Positions 25,371 to 38,900 of a DNA stretch of 64,000 nucleotides are shown here, piece after piece. Each line of letters begins with the position of its first letter. The first letter of the stretch is position 1. Source of the DNA: Balanoglossus misakiensis (lineage: Eukaryota; Animalia; Hemichordata); NCBI GenBank assembly GCA_040954595.2, contig CM082583.2, positions 1,374,925 to 1,438,924 on the forward strand, given 5' to 3'. Both the position numbers and the translations under genes were made by a program. The notes under the pieces were generated by a model. The model searched no databases and was not told the DNA's origin. It saw nothing but the letters and a program-made list of their open reading frames with translations.

Positions 25371-27190
25371 CAAACCGAAGAGGGAAAGTCACAGCGGGTC
25401 AACACTCGACATTTGTTCGAGTAGGACTGCATTATTGCCTGTCAATTTATAGAGAAAGCCCGAATTTAACCAGGGCGTTTCAAACACCGACGTTAGTTGG
25501 GGGAACGGCCTGCAGTACTGCCGGGTAAGCTGACATCGGCGTACCGCATATAATGTAGGGGGGGGGGGAAAGAACGGTTCAATACTACATTTATTAGATA
25601 TCAGCTAATTTTGGACAATCATCTAAAATCTAAATCATTTTTTCATATTTGGATATCTGATGATGTATGAAATTTCCATTATATGTAAAAATGGTGCTGA
25701 TTATAAAAAATGCACTCTGAATGAGCTGATTTAATACAAAATTGCGTTGTATTCGTTTTTGCACCAAAAAGGTCATTTTTAGGCAAAACATTCTTTATTT
25801 TTTTAATTCGGTGACCTGATCATATATAAACAATTGCTTGTATGTTAAAAGTTTTTATGACTTTTAAAAGCAGTGACACTGGCGGCATTCAACACGAAAA
25901 TAACAATTTTAGCCACAATTTGGTCAAAATGGTAATTTTTTGAAAATTACAAAAAATACCTGTTTTCTACATTTTCGGAAATCTGATGGAGTATAGAATG
26001 TTCTTCGTATGTATATATCGATACAAATTCCAAAAAGACAGTCTAATATGGCTCACTGCAGACAAAATTGCGTTTTACCAAATTTTCCTTGAAAATGTCA
26101 TTTTTAGAAAAATAAATAAAAAAACCTTTGTTCTTCGAATTTGGTGCCCTGTTCATATATGACATGTTGATTGTATGTTAAAACTTTCGACCACTCCAAA
26201 ATTGCAGAGATATTGACGGAATTCAAGAAAAAATAGCCATTTTGGCCATATTTTGACAAAAATGGTAAATTTTTAAAAAATCATAAAAAATAAACTCTTT
26301 TCTTCATTTTCGGAAATATTATGGAGCATGAAGTGTCGTTCTCTTGTAAAAAGTGCTGCAAATTCCAGAAAAGGCGGTATAATTTGAATCACCCAAGACA
26401 AAATTACCATTTTCGACTTTTTTTCGAAAAATTGTCTTTTTTACAAAATAAATAAGAATAAATTCTTTTCTTAGTTTCAAACGGGTAGAGATACTTTCCA
26501 CACGGGTTTTCTAACATTGAATTCGCGTTCATCAACTCAGATTTCCTACAGCATAAGTCGGCTAAAATCCTGACACTCTAGAGCAGAAACAGTTGCACAC
26601 TGGTAACGTTGAACAAGTCGATTTTTCTACGGCCTGGCTCGGCTAAATCTCCGTCACAATATGACAGACACTAGCGTACGTTAGCAACGGTGATCAAGTC
26701 AGATTTTCTACGGCATGGCTTGGCTAAAGCCCTGGCAGTCTAGAGCAGAAACACGCGTACAGAGACCACGTTGATCAAGTCTGATCTCCTACGGCTTGGC
26801 TCGACTAAAATCCCGGCACACTATGACAGACACTAGCGTTCGTTAGCAACGTTGATCAAGTCAGATTTCCTACGGCCTGGTTTAGCTGAAGCCCCGGCAC
26901 TTTAGAGCGGAAACACGCGTACATTGACCACGATGATCAAGTCAGATCTCCTACGGCCTGGCTCGACTAAAACCCCGGCACACCATGACAGACACTAGCG
27001 TTCGTTAGCAACGGTGATCAAGTCGGATTTCCTTCGGCCTGGCTCTGCAAAAGACCCGACACTCTAGTACAAAGACGTTGGCTAAGTCGGGCAAACCGAA
27101 GAGGGAAAGTCACAGCGGGTCAACACTCGACATTTGTTCGGGTAGGACTGCATTATTGCCTGTCAATTTATAGAGAAAGCCCGAATTTAA

Positions 27191-27986
27191 GATGGGTCCC
27201 TGGGATCTTTTTGCTCGTTGCTATGGGCCTTTGCAGGACATTACACCCCGATTTGGACTAAGCCGTTTTCAGAGTCTAACAAGGGGCTGGTTACTAGTTG
27301 AAAATCTGCACGATTGTGAGCGCGCGCCCCCTGACGCCATTGATATGCAAATTAGCTAGGTCAAATTTCAAAAGCCTAAGGCTTTTTATTCCGTGACCTC
27401 AAAAACGAACTTGAGACGTATTCATTAGTTGCTTGAACCAGGGAAGATCGTGACGGATTTTGTTTTCGAATATTATCGTTGTATCCTACGATTTCAGCAT
27501 ACCCGTACCACACCTGAAAAAGTCATCGATTTTGGGTGCTTTTGGACGCACTCTTCCACCGGTATCGCTTCTTAGCACGACGAAAACCGAAAAAAACGAT
27601 CCGTCACACTGTGCGGAAGTGCGTTCTCAACAAGCAGGTCAAATTTGACTGGCGTACGTGGCCTATGAAAAAAGCCTTAGGGATTTTCGTGAACGGTACA
27701 AAATCTCTGTGTACAAAACATTGGATTTTAAGAGTTCGATCCAGTTACTGTGGTTACAGGACGCGCACGCTATCGCTGACCGCTGCTTTGCCGTATTAGC
27801 GTGGCGGCCTATGGCCGGGCGGTAGCTGCCGTAAACATACTCGGACAGGGGGTGTGCACACAATCGTGTGTATTTTTAACTAGATACAAGCCCCTTGTCG
27901 GACGTTCATAACGGTTTCGATCAAAATTGAGTGTAGTGTCCTATAAAGGCCCATAGCAACGGGCAAAAAGATCCCAGGGACACATC
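27191..27986. mobile_element. 796-bp Kolobok-type MITE, copy 2
   Basis: Near-identical to 9268-10063 and at the same TTAA of the monomer (27187-27190 and 27987-27990). Confidence 0.88.
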
Positions 27987-28884
27987 TTAACCAGGGCGTT
28001 TCAAACACCGACGTTAGTTGGGGGCACGGCCTGCAGTACTGCCGGGTAAGCTGACATCGGCGTACCGCATATAATGTATGGGGGGGGGGGGAGGGAGAAA
28101 CAGAACAGTTCAATACTACATTTATTATATATCAGCTAATTTTGGACAATCATCTAAATCATTTTTTCATATTTGGATATCTGATGATGTATGAAATTTC
28201 CATTATATGTAAAAATGGTGCTGATTATAAAAAATGCACTCTGATTTAATACAAAATTTCGTTTTATTCGTTTTTGCACCAAAAAGGTCATTTTTAGGCA
28301 AAACATTCTTTATTTTATTAATTCGGTGACCTGATCATATATAAACAATTGCTTGTATGTTAAAAGTGTTTATGACTTTTAAAAGCAGTGACACTGGCGG
28401 CATTTAACACGAAAATAACAATTTTAGCCACAATTTGGTCAAAATGGTAAATTTTTGAAAATTACAAAAAATACCTTTTTCTACATTTTCGGAAATCTGA
28501 TGGAGTATAGAATGCTCTTCGTATGTAAATATCGATACAAATTCCACTGCAGACAAAATTGCATGTTATCAAATTTTGCTTGAAAATGTCATTTTTAGAA
28601 AAAAAAATAAAAAAACCTTTGTTCTTCGAATTTGGTGCCCTGATCATATATGACATGTTGATTGTATGTTAAAACTTTCGACCACTCCAAAAATGTAGAG
28701 ATAGTGACGAAATTCAAGAAAAAATAGCCATTTTGGCCATATTTTGTCAAAAATGGTAAATATTAAAAAATCATCAAAAAATTAACTCTTTTCTTCATTT
28801 TCGGAAATATTATGGAGCATGAAGTGTCGTTCTCTTGTAAAAAGTGCTGCAAATTCCAGAAAAGGCGGTATAATTTGAATCACC

Positions 28885-31393
28885 CACGCCACTCGCAGAA
28901 ATGCCAAGCAGAGCGAAGTCGTATTACTTGGGGATCGGTAAGTTCTCTACGTGTACGTGTGTACATGACAGGGTAATAACGCGAGACACTGTCATGTTGT
29001 GGCGAAAATATTTTAACTAAGTAGTTGTCATGTCGTATTTACTTGATATTGCACATAGGGAAAACAATAATATATGTTCGATGTACTAAATAACCATGTA
29101 AAATTGCACTTTTTATGTTCAAACAGAAGCCACAAGTGTATATACAAAGCCATTGTGACAAGGGATGACGACGAGTGCACCCAACGGCACGAAATGGGAG
29201 GTGTGAGGAGATTTTATCAATGGACAGATGATAATGGTGAGTTTTTTTACATATGTGATTTGTTTACTCTTATTTACTTTTTCAAATTTGACGTAATCTA
29301 GAATGTGATCATACATACATGTACTCTATTAACAGGCGTAGAAATAAATGTGCATGCACATGACCGCAATGCATCCGTCATCAAATACATCAGGGAGCAG
29401 AGACCCGGCGTCATCAATTCCCTTGACACTTGGCATGGTGAGTATTTCGTTTATATGTCACGCCGCGAATAAGATAAACTTATAACCGCCTGGTCAAGCT
29501 GAATTCATTGGACAGTTTATGCATACCCGATAATAATCCATCTATATTTATTACATATAACAGTGTCGAAGGAGATAGGAAAACAGGTGAAGAAATTAAC
29601 TGGTGGACCCAAAAAGAACCACGGGAAGACGTGGCATACAGAACTGTCAGACAAAGGTATTGTACATTTACTTATGATTCCCTCCATTCCATCACCAAAA
29701 AATAATACACATCGTCAATCGTTCTTCACCACATTAAATCGATGACTTTGCCTATATGTTATCATGTGACAACAAATTTTTACAATGGCAACGATTGATC
29801 TAAAATTCTATACAGGGGCATCGATAAAAACTCACTTCTATTGGTGTATGAAGCATACCCGGGAATTCTTGGACGCTAGAGAGCAAACGGAGGAAAATGA
29901 AGCCGAAGCCATTCAGCTCTTGAGGACAAGTCTTCTAAACGTGATTGATCACTTTGGGGTTAGTACAGGCATTAATTTCACCTTCACAGTAACAATTTGA
30001 CGAGCGTTTTCTTTCTCTTTTCTAAGTCGTAACGCCAACTGTATATGTAAAATGTACATGAATCATATTTTACTACAGGGAAACCATGCCCAGTGCCACG
30101 AGCAGTCTAGGTGCAAAAGGCCAGGATACAAGCCCACGCATACCCCCCATGAAAGCCCAGTTGCTATCACACTGCTCACAGATTTTATAAGGAACAGTGC
30201 ACTTTTCAAGCAAGCAGCATCATACGTTCGGGTGAGTAACAGCGCCAGTATATAGTCATCATTTCATCATAGTAATTTAAAATGGCATTCAGAATATATA
30301 AAAAACAAGCGAACCGAGAAAGAATTATTTCAGCAAAGGACCTAATTCGAAAACAATATTGTAAAGCAACAATAAAAATGCACATTTGTAATTAAAACAA
30401 AACGGAACAAAATAAAGGAGCATCCCAATAAACGATCAATAGTTCATCTTAATTTTATGTGATATTCTATTCTACAGTGTAAGGACACTCATTACGTGGA
30501 GTCTTACAACAACGTTTGCTTGCTGTACCAGGACAAGAGAGTTGTTTTCGGCAACAGGATGTTCACGATGAGAAGCAACCTTGCAACGTTAGACTGGGTA
30601 ATTAAATTATACGTAGTATAAATAATGTGCGGTCTCGCCAAGTTCATTCGAAATTGTGGTTCGTATTTGAATGACCAAATTAACACAGGCAATTGTCAGT
30701 TGCTGTGTCTTTCTAAAATAATTTTTTGACATGCAGTTTATACTTTCAAACGGGTTATTTTTGCGATATTAAAGAGGCAACTGTTACTCTTAATTTTCAC
30801 GTTTTTGAATTTAACTGCATCGTTAACATTTTACGCGACTTATTTTCACGTTTTTATTTTTGGCTCTCGCGTGTTTCGTGAAAATTTATTGCGAGCGAAA
30901 GTAACCAGTTTTACCATGTTTACAGTAGTTAGCCAGTTGATAAATCGATTGTTCAGAAACGTAAGTCTTTAAATTAATTCCCTACATTTTGAAGGATAAA
31001 AAGGAATGTTTCCTAGACATTGATTTGGTTAAAAAAATATGTTGTTTCCTGAAATGGTATCAGTTGACAAGCATTTATCGGCGAGTTTAGGATCGTACCG
31101 CACAATTTCAAGTATTGTCCTTCGTAATATACACCAGTTCATACATAGGAAACAGGCTTTTTTTGAAATACATACACATACGATTTTATTCGTTCATCAT
31201 TCATTCAATCACACTGATTTGTGTATTATTATAATTGCAGAATGAGAACGTTGATCGACCGGCAAGGTCTGTAACTCTCCGTCATGCGATGCGAGCCACA
31301 AGACGAAGGACCCCATGCCGGAACCTGGGAAATAAGACTTACCGGTGGAGAGCAGATATTTGGGAGAAATTAATGGATTCAGTTGGATTTTAG
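28885..31393 (+). pseudogene. 5'-truncated copy of the Kolobok-type transposase gene
   Basis: Exons 28885-28937 (partial), 29127-29236, 29336-29437, 29564-29656, 29816-29958, 30079-30231, 30478-30597 and 31241-31393. Starts at the H of SDARH, so the first catalytic Asp is lost; fused to the satellite by a 2-bp CA microhomology. Confidence 0.85.
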
Positions 31394-32776
31394 AATCGAT
31401 TATATGTATATATGTACAAATAAAACACTAATAATAATTGTATGTATATGCTGTTGTATAATGTTTTCTTTTGTAAGAGATAAAATCAATTATCTGAATC
31501 GTAAAATACATATAGGCTCTTAGTACAGCTTCGAAGAAACGAAACAATAGGAGTGTTCCTTCACTGACTTTCACCACGGTTGACAATCATATAAACGTGG
31601 TAAATTATGATTCCACTTTCAGAAAACATAGTCACTCTACTTCTTCAACATGTACTAGTAATATCTATGAAAAACATAACCTGATACTGTACAGTCTCGC
31701 TAAAGCTAACTTTTCGAATGTTCGTGGATAGTCCTACGTATGGCGAGAGTGTCCGAGTAGCGACCACAGCGCACGCCATGCCAGTAGGACTTCGACTAAT
31801 GACTCTCGGTTGCTGATCGTGAGATCATTCGTTGAACTTCAAGGCGCAAACTCGCATCACACTGTCGAAGACACGAGAAGGGCAACGATTACGGGAAATT
31901 GATTTACATCATTTTAGAAAAAATGGTTTTTAGTTTCCGCGAACCATTGCTGACCTGACTAGGGAGTATCGAAATCAGTCACGTGTTTGAGTGCAATCGT
32001 GACCGGGTACCTATCGAGCAATCTAACACACACCGACTCACATTTGGTCCATTGTTCTGTCATTACAATCTCATTCGACAATTCGCACGGAGGACCGTGG
32101 ACAACGATTCTGCTAGCCTATTTATTAGTCTGTGGAAAATTTAAAATCCGCCAATACTTCAAGTTTTACTCTGTCACTGGATTTTACAGCTCGTCAAACC
32201 GATGTCTGGCCAGGCTGCAGTTTATTGCAATCGCTTAGGAGGACTTCACCGACAACCCGCGAGAAAAGAACGTCGATTGCGCACTGCTGATCGCACTTCG
32301 TCGCTGAACAGTCGACTGCTAAAAACTAACCGTCGCTCACGTTCCAAGACTTTCAGAGAAGTATTGCGATAAGCCCACCTAGTCAAACAGATTACGCAGA
32401 TAAACTACCAGCGCTCCCGACCGTTAGTTATACAGTCGTTAGGGACGACGACCACCCCCAATCACTCCCAAATAAACAACTATACAAACACACGTTAATC
32501 CGAACCCCAGGACTTTCCGCACCGGCCTTTAACATATTTTGATGCCATGAAACCATTTTGTGGACAGGACAATTTATGTGGCCAAGAATTGATTTTCTGA
32601 ATATCACAAGGTTGATAGAGAATTCATTGTAATTTGTTGTCCTGTTTAAGTAGTGGGGTTATTGTAAAAAAAATCACCATTCGCTATCTTGTACTTTGAG
32701 TGATGTCATCTCGACATTGATACATTATGGCTATTGAGAGGTGTGTTTTATGCAGGCAAGTGTATATCTTGATGTA
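28885..32776 (+). repeat. Segmental duplicate, copy 1 of 48433-52242
   Basis: Near-identical at offset 19,548. An 81-bp segment near 32143-32223 is absent from copy 2 and is bounded by TTTA microhomology. Confidence 0.95.
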
Positions 32777-32780
32777 AAAT

Positions 32781-32847
32781 AAAATTTCCCTCAAGGGAGG
32801 AAGGCCGTATATAAAACTGACGGCCTTCCTCCCTTGAGGGAAATTTT
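32781..32847. repeat. Perfect 28-bp-arm hairpin at the duplication breakpoint
   Basis: AAAATTTCCCTCAAGGGAGGAAGGCCGT, 11-nt loop, ACGGCCTTCCTCCCTTGAGGGAAATTTT. Confidence 0.9.
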
Positions 32848-32964
32848 TATTTTTAAATTTGCGTCCCCCCACCAGTTTTTAAAGAAGGGTCTGACCAGAA
32901 ACATTTCCTTTTTTGGCCTAATAAGCAGACAACCACATGAAGATCAATCATGATGTGAACTTAC

Positions 32965-35900
32965 CAATACATGATGGTATTGCATCATTCCACTGTAAAT
33001 CTGATTGACAAGTCAGGTAATCAGCACCATTTAATTCATAGCCAGCATCGCAATAGAATGTGATGTTGCTGCCCATATAATATGGTCCACTATCTGGGAC
33101 AGCTTGTAAATGTTGGTCTGTTATGAGTATGTCACTGCAGTTTAATCCTGCAAGTAAAAAAAAATAAAACATCTTTATGGATTATGTGGATTCAGACTTG
33201 GTTATGGTATACCGCTATGTATCAGGTACCTGTATTGTGAAACAACTTTAACCTTTTCACCCCAAGTTCCCACTATAAAAGTCCAGATACCATAGACTCC
33301 TTTTCTTCTATTATCGACTGAATTCATGGCTCTGTATTTCAAAAACAAGCACGGTGACCCGTATATTTCATTACTGATTTTCATTATACATACAAAGGCG
33401 AATCCAAAAATCAACAATTAAAAGAAATGACCATACTTTCAATTTTAGTGAACGTACATGTCCTTAAATGACTTACGTTGACAGTATCCTGGATCTCCAA
33501 TCCAAGATCCATCTTCACCACATGTAGAGACAGTGTAGCCAGTCAGACTGTAGCCAGATGGACATGAGTAGGCAATGGTTGTTCCAAAAACCAATGAATC
33601 ACCATTAACAATTTCATAAGATAAGTAGTTGTCTACATTCGGTGGTGGACACTCACGAGCTGTTTGGGTAAGATGAACAGATAACATCACAAGCGTGTTA
33701 CTACTAGGAAAAAAGTTTAAAGGGACATTACATGTAGCTACAGTAACTTGTAATTGGCTTTATTTTAAGTACTGCAAAATGGGCTATTTTCGCGAGCAAA
33801 ACATTTCTGCGAAATACGCGAGAGCCAAAGAACATGAAAATAAAAAGTCGCGTAAAATGTTTTTTCAGAGATAACAATGCAGTTAGTGATATATGAAAAT
33901 GCGAAAATTAATCCTCGCATAACAGTTGCCTCTTTCGATATTGCGAAAATTTCCTGTTGCGAAAATAACCTGTTTTAGAGTATTTTTTGTTCTCTGTACC
34001 AAATGCAATGTTTTGTTCTACTCCAAACAGTAGGCCAATATACCCTGTAAAATCCGTCTCCTACGTGTGCACTACAATGACAGTTTAATTGTTTTCAAAA
34101 ATATCAACTTACGCTCGCATTGGGGCACAAGCGGACCCCAGACACCATCTGCTTGGCATTCCAATGAAGTCACATTATTTATAAACTGATGGCCCTCAAT
34201 GCATTGATAATAAGCAATTCCACCATACACTGTACTGGTAACATTGGTAAGAATTCCACTGCTGCACTCAGGGGGTCCACCACATGTTATTCCTAAAAAA
34301 TAAACAACAAATTAGTGTCATTCAAGTTGTTACTAACAATAGATTCAAGGGACAAATTAAGTCTATCTCGCTCCCCCTTTTTCATTAATCATCTTTGATA
34401 CAAGACACCATGGTATAGTGAAACAACATTCAACCACACACAAATTCCATCCCATTTATAGACACAAGAGTGAAAAACTCGCCAAAATGAATAATCGGTC
34501 TCTACCATTTACTCATTTTGGCGAGATTTTTACTCTCATTACTCAACAGTATGGAAGTTGTGTGTGGTCGAACGTTGATTCACTATACATGTATACCCAC
34601 ATGTAGAATAACATAAACGGTGTCTTGTATCAAACATAATTCATGGAAAAGGGCAGCGAGTGAGACTTTGTCCCTTTAAATGTTCATAAAATAAACAAAT
34701 ATAAGTTAGATTGAATCATATCTTCACATTAATAATTCCCATCACAGAAATTTTATAGCTACAAACAACATGACACCAGTACGAGAAGTCATTAATTCCT
34801 ACATGAGTTACAGTTCACATTGAGACGACTTTAGTTTTCTCCTAAACTTGACTGAACTGTGGAACAGGAAATGTAGGCTTGTTTACGCACTGGAAATCAA
34901 CAGGCAATGGGTTTCTAAAAATGTTTTTTTTTCTCCTGAAAGAGTGACCTCAAAGCTACCAAATTATGTAGAAATTAGCTGGACCCCTTCTACTGGATTC
35001 GGTCCTACCAATTCTTTACTATCAATCACGTGATCTGGCCATGTGACCCACGGTGTTGTCATTTCCAGATGACGGGCAAACAATATTTCGGCATCCAGTA
35101 AAAGTTTTTCCGAGTATGTTTTTACTTTAGAACTACCAGACACGTAACATGTATCAGGTATGGTGCCTCATCAGCCTCATGGCGTTTCATCTGCACTGTC
35201 TTTGTCTGCACCAAGTTGTTGATGTTGCCCGTCATCTGGAAATTTGAATGCCAACGGAACTGCGTCTGACGTTATTTGATATCGAAGAATAGTGCACTAT
35301 TGCCTTACTTTGACATGCTGGTAACTTGAGAGGATCCTCTTCATTCCAGTTTCCACCAAAGAGACAAGTGAGAGAAGAGACAGTACCAGACACTTTCTGA
35401 TAACCATCCAAGCATTGGAATGAGACAGTGACATCATAGCTTCTATCATCTGTACTGGTCACCACGCCCTCACCAATCACAATTTCGGGGCAGTCTGTCA
35501 GAACAAGGATCACAATGATAAGAATGCATGCAGACAAATACTTTGACTCATAAATGTGAGGGGTCGTCGTGCCGCATTTGTATGTTTATTATCCAGTGTT
35601 TCCTCTGGGTTTCAAAATCTTCTAGCAATTTGGCTAAAAGACATGAAAATTTACTAGCCAAACTTGACTTTGCATTAGCCAAACCAATCCTGCCGCAACA
35701 GCTGATTCGGAGGGGGGGGGGTGTCACAAAATGAAAAGAATCAGGGCTTCAAATTAAGCTTTGACTGATTGCCTTGGGCAACTAAAAAATGATGCACTGT
35801 ATGTTTAACTTATGTTGGTGGTTCTTGATGACAAGTTCACAAGTATTTTGTAAGGAGACTTAAGGTGTTTGCCTGCTGTTGGTCCTTGTTCGTCTTCATG

Positions 35901-38900
35901 TTTTTGTTTGTTTTGTTTTTTTGAAAATTGACCCAACAGGCAAATAGAGAATGTCTGAGTTGGATAGTGAATATTGAAGTGTATTTATTTTTTTCCTTCT
36001 CTTTATATTGAGAGATGAACTTGATATATACGCTCATAATTGAGACAAGAGATATTGTGGATACTGTTGCTGGTTGATTTTCAATAAAACAATATAAAAA
36101 AAAACTTTAAAAAAAATATTGATGCAGGGCATGTAAATTGTCAACCTAACTTGCACGTTTGGGCAGCCAAAAAATTACGTACTCCACTATGCACGGCCAG
36201 CTTTTGACGGGCAAGCCACTACACTAGCGTTTCTAAACAGAGAAACTTCCATAACAACCTGTACACTTGACGCGTTCCAGTCAAGGCAGACCTAAAATGT
36301 ATCAATTTGTAAGCATAACCCATTCAAAATATGCAAATTAGGAAAAGACGCACATGCATTCTTTGCGTCCCCAGAGACACACACAGGAAATCAAGCGAGT
36401 GCGACCACTAGCTGGAAGAGCTGAATTCAATGCATTGCCTTACGATGTTCATGATATACAGGGGGTGATGATCAATGAACAGAACAACGGTCCACTTTCA
36501 CGCATTGTAGTGCAGTGAACTCGCGCTGATCATGGCACAAGAAACGACGATGTTAGATAGCAGTGCTTCGCAAGTTTGGCTAATTTGTATGAAAATCGTC
36601 TCGCCAAACACAATTTTTTACTCGCATTTGCGATTTGGCGAGCGGGTAGCGGAAACACTGATTATCATATGCCTATATTCACGTGCCCACGTAAAGTCTA
36701 TGGGGAAAAGCGCCCTCACATCCGTGCAGTTTTTTTGCTTATCACGCCCCGGCCCGGTGACCATATTTGGAAGACGCGTTCAATATCCGGATCTAGTTTT
36801 GTGTTTATTGCGCGAGATTCGAAAGTTGTCATTGCTACGTTCGGAATTAAATTTTTCTGGTGCGGTGTCAGTGACTAGTGCACTTGCAGTGTGTGTATGT
36901 CCTATGCCGCTAACGAATCCCATCATCTTCCGTAATCGCTGCATGTTGTAGAGCTTTTTTGGAAATATGAATAGTAAAATTGATGATTTGATTTGATTAA
37001 TGTGTGACTGTCGGCGTCGATCGTCGCGAAGAAAAAATGTTTTGCTCGCGCTCGGCTCTGTGAGTTCGAGCGCGTCTATATCTCACGTGCAATAGAATAT
37101 AAACAAATGACATCGTGCATATCAATCCGCAAGAACTGGAGGAATGCGCCTCTATGCTACGGGATAGATCATTCCAAAACGATAGATAAACACATAATAT
37201 TTACATTCCAAAATATTACAGAATGTGTATTTTATTAGTTTCTTGTAGATTATCGTTCAATAAGGCATATGATAAAACCTTTATGGCCCTGATACGGGTT
37301 TTGCGGCCATCGGTCGTACGACGATTCCCGCCCTCCCTGCGGTCGGGCGCTTCCGCCGTACGACCTCGGGCCACAAAACCCGTATCAGGGCCGTAAAGAT
37401 TATAAACATTACAATTCATCCACAAGTCCCTGAAATTAGATCATTCTTAGAATGAACGAAGCATATTCAAAAATCTTTCCACCTTTCACTTAATGACTCT
37501 AAATCATAAGGAATAAAGGGAGTGCGTGTTTCTCAGAATTCTGTAACATCCTTTTCTGAAATGTTAGTAAGTTATGTATACCTGGTGAAAATTACGGTGT
37601 CTTGTATCAACATAACTAATGGAAAAAAGGCAGCGGGAGAGAGACTTTGTCCCTTTAACATGGCTGACTCCTGATCATATCTGATACTTACAATGATGTA
37701 ATCAACATCTGTGTTCCTCTCTAATCCAAAGTTGTCATCAAAGATAAGAGCTAATGGTCTTCCAGTTGGTTCCTTGATTACCCAGCTACACATAACATCA
37801 TCAGGGTAAGTGCTAACATCATAGCCTGGTGACTGAATCGTACCAAAACTACGCAGAATTTCAATTCCCTGGCAACCTTTGAAGAAAAAATACCAAACAA
37901 GAAATAATTAATTAAATCCACAGGTTTGGTGTAATCCTGGCTGCCTTTTATTTCGTGCTAGGGGATCAAATCACATAATAATTGCCTTCTGGATAAAAAG
38001 TCGTAAGCGATAGAAGAAATGACTGTTAACTGTATTTTATGACTTCCTTAGGTCAAACATTTCTGTCGTTATACATGTAGTTAGCAAATTAAACTCATTT
38101 AACTTTTTTCACATTTTGTTATTTGTTCTGTTAAAAAGTTCCATAATGACCCAGTATCAGATTAGCTTATAAACCTCCAGAAAGAATGGCAAAGGAAGAT
38201 ATATTTGTGATCCTTACAATTCTTACTGGGTTGAAATTCTTTGGGAAGGATTTTAGGTGATTTAAAGGGACAAAGTTTCTCTCTCTCGCTGCCCTTTTTC
38301 CATTAACTATGTTTGATACAAGACACTGTTTATGTTATTCTACATGTGGATATATAGTGAATGAACATTCAACCACGCACAACTTCCATCCCGTTTGTAG
38401 GATATGAGAGTAAAAATCTTGCCAAAATGAATAAACGGTAGAGACCGATTTTTCATTTTGGCGAGTTTTTTCACTCTTATGTCTACAAGTGGGATGGAAG
38501 TTGTGTGTGGTTGAATGTTCATTCACTATATATCCACATGTAGAATAACATAAATGCTGTATTGTATCATCATAATTCCTGGAAAAAGGGTAGAGAGAGA
38601 GAGACTTTGTCCCTATAAAACATTGTTCTCTTGTATCATGAATCCTTGATTGCCTCTTCATTCAAACAATATCTTGATCAATTTGAATGCGTTACCTACC
38701 TGCCCAGTAATGTGCATGAAAACCTCTCATTGTAACTGCATCATCACTCTTAAAGTCAACTCTCATCACACTTTTGGAAGATATGATGACATTGGGTAAC
38801 TCCATCCCAGAAAATAAAGCAAGTCGGAGGACGGGATTCAGTTCAGCGCCATCGTATACAGGCACTTGATCAGCCCCATCTTCTGTTGCAAAGGAGATAA

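Larger units (their letters stand above)
3537..28886. repeat. Complex satellite array, ~2.0-kb monomer (G-run, ~960 bp AT-rich segment, array of 81-bp subrepeats, ~200 bp GC-rich tail), about 8 monomers
   Basis: Monomers start at G-runs near 3541, 5586, 7629, 10147, 20332, 22292, 25558 and 28080 and are near-identical by eye. Interrupted by insertions at 9268, 11741 and 27191; truncated at 28886. Confidence 0.95.

Noticed and set aside
4053-28656. Recurrent short ORFs (MESISTRLK..., MSKYGQNG..., ORFs inside the 796-bp MITE)
   Set aside because: They recur only because the DNA is repeated; broken by homopolymer indels between copies and without domain motifs.
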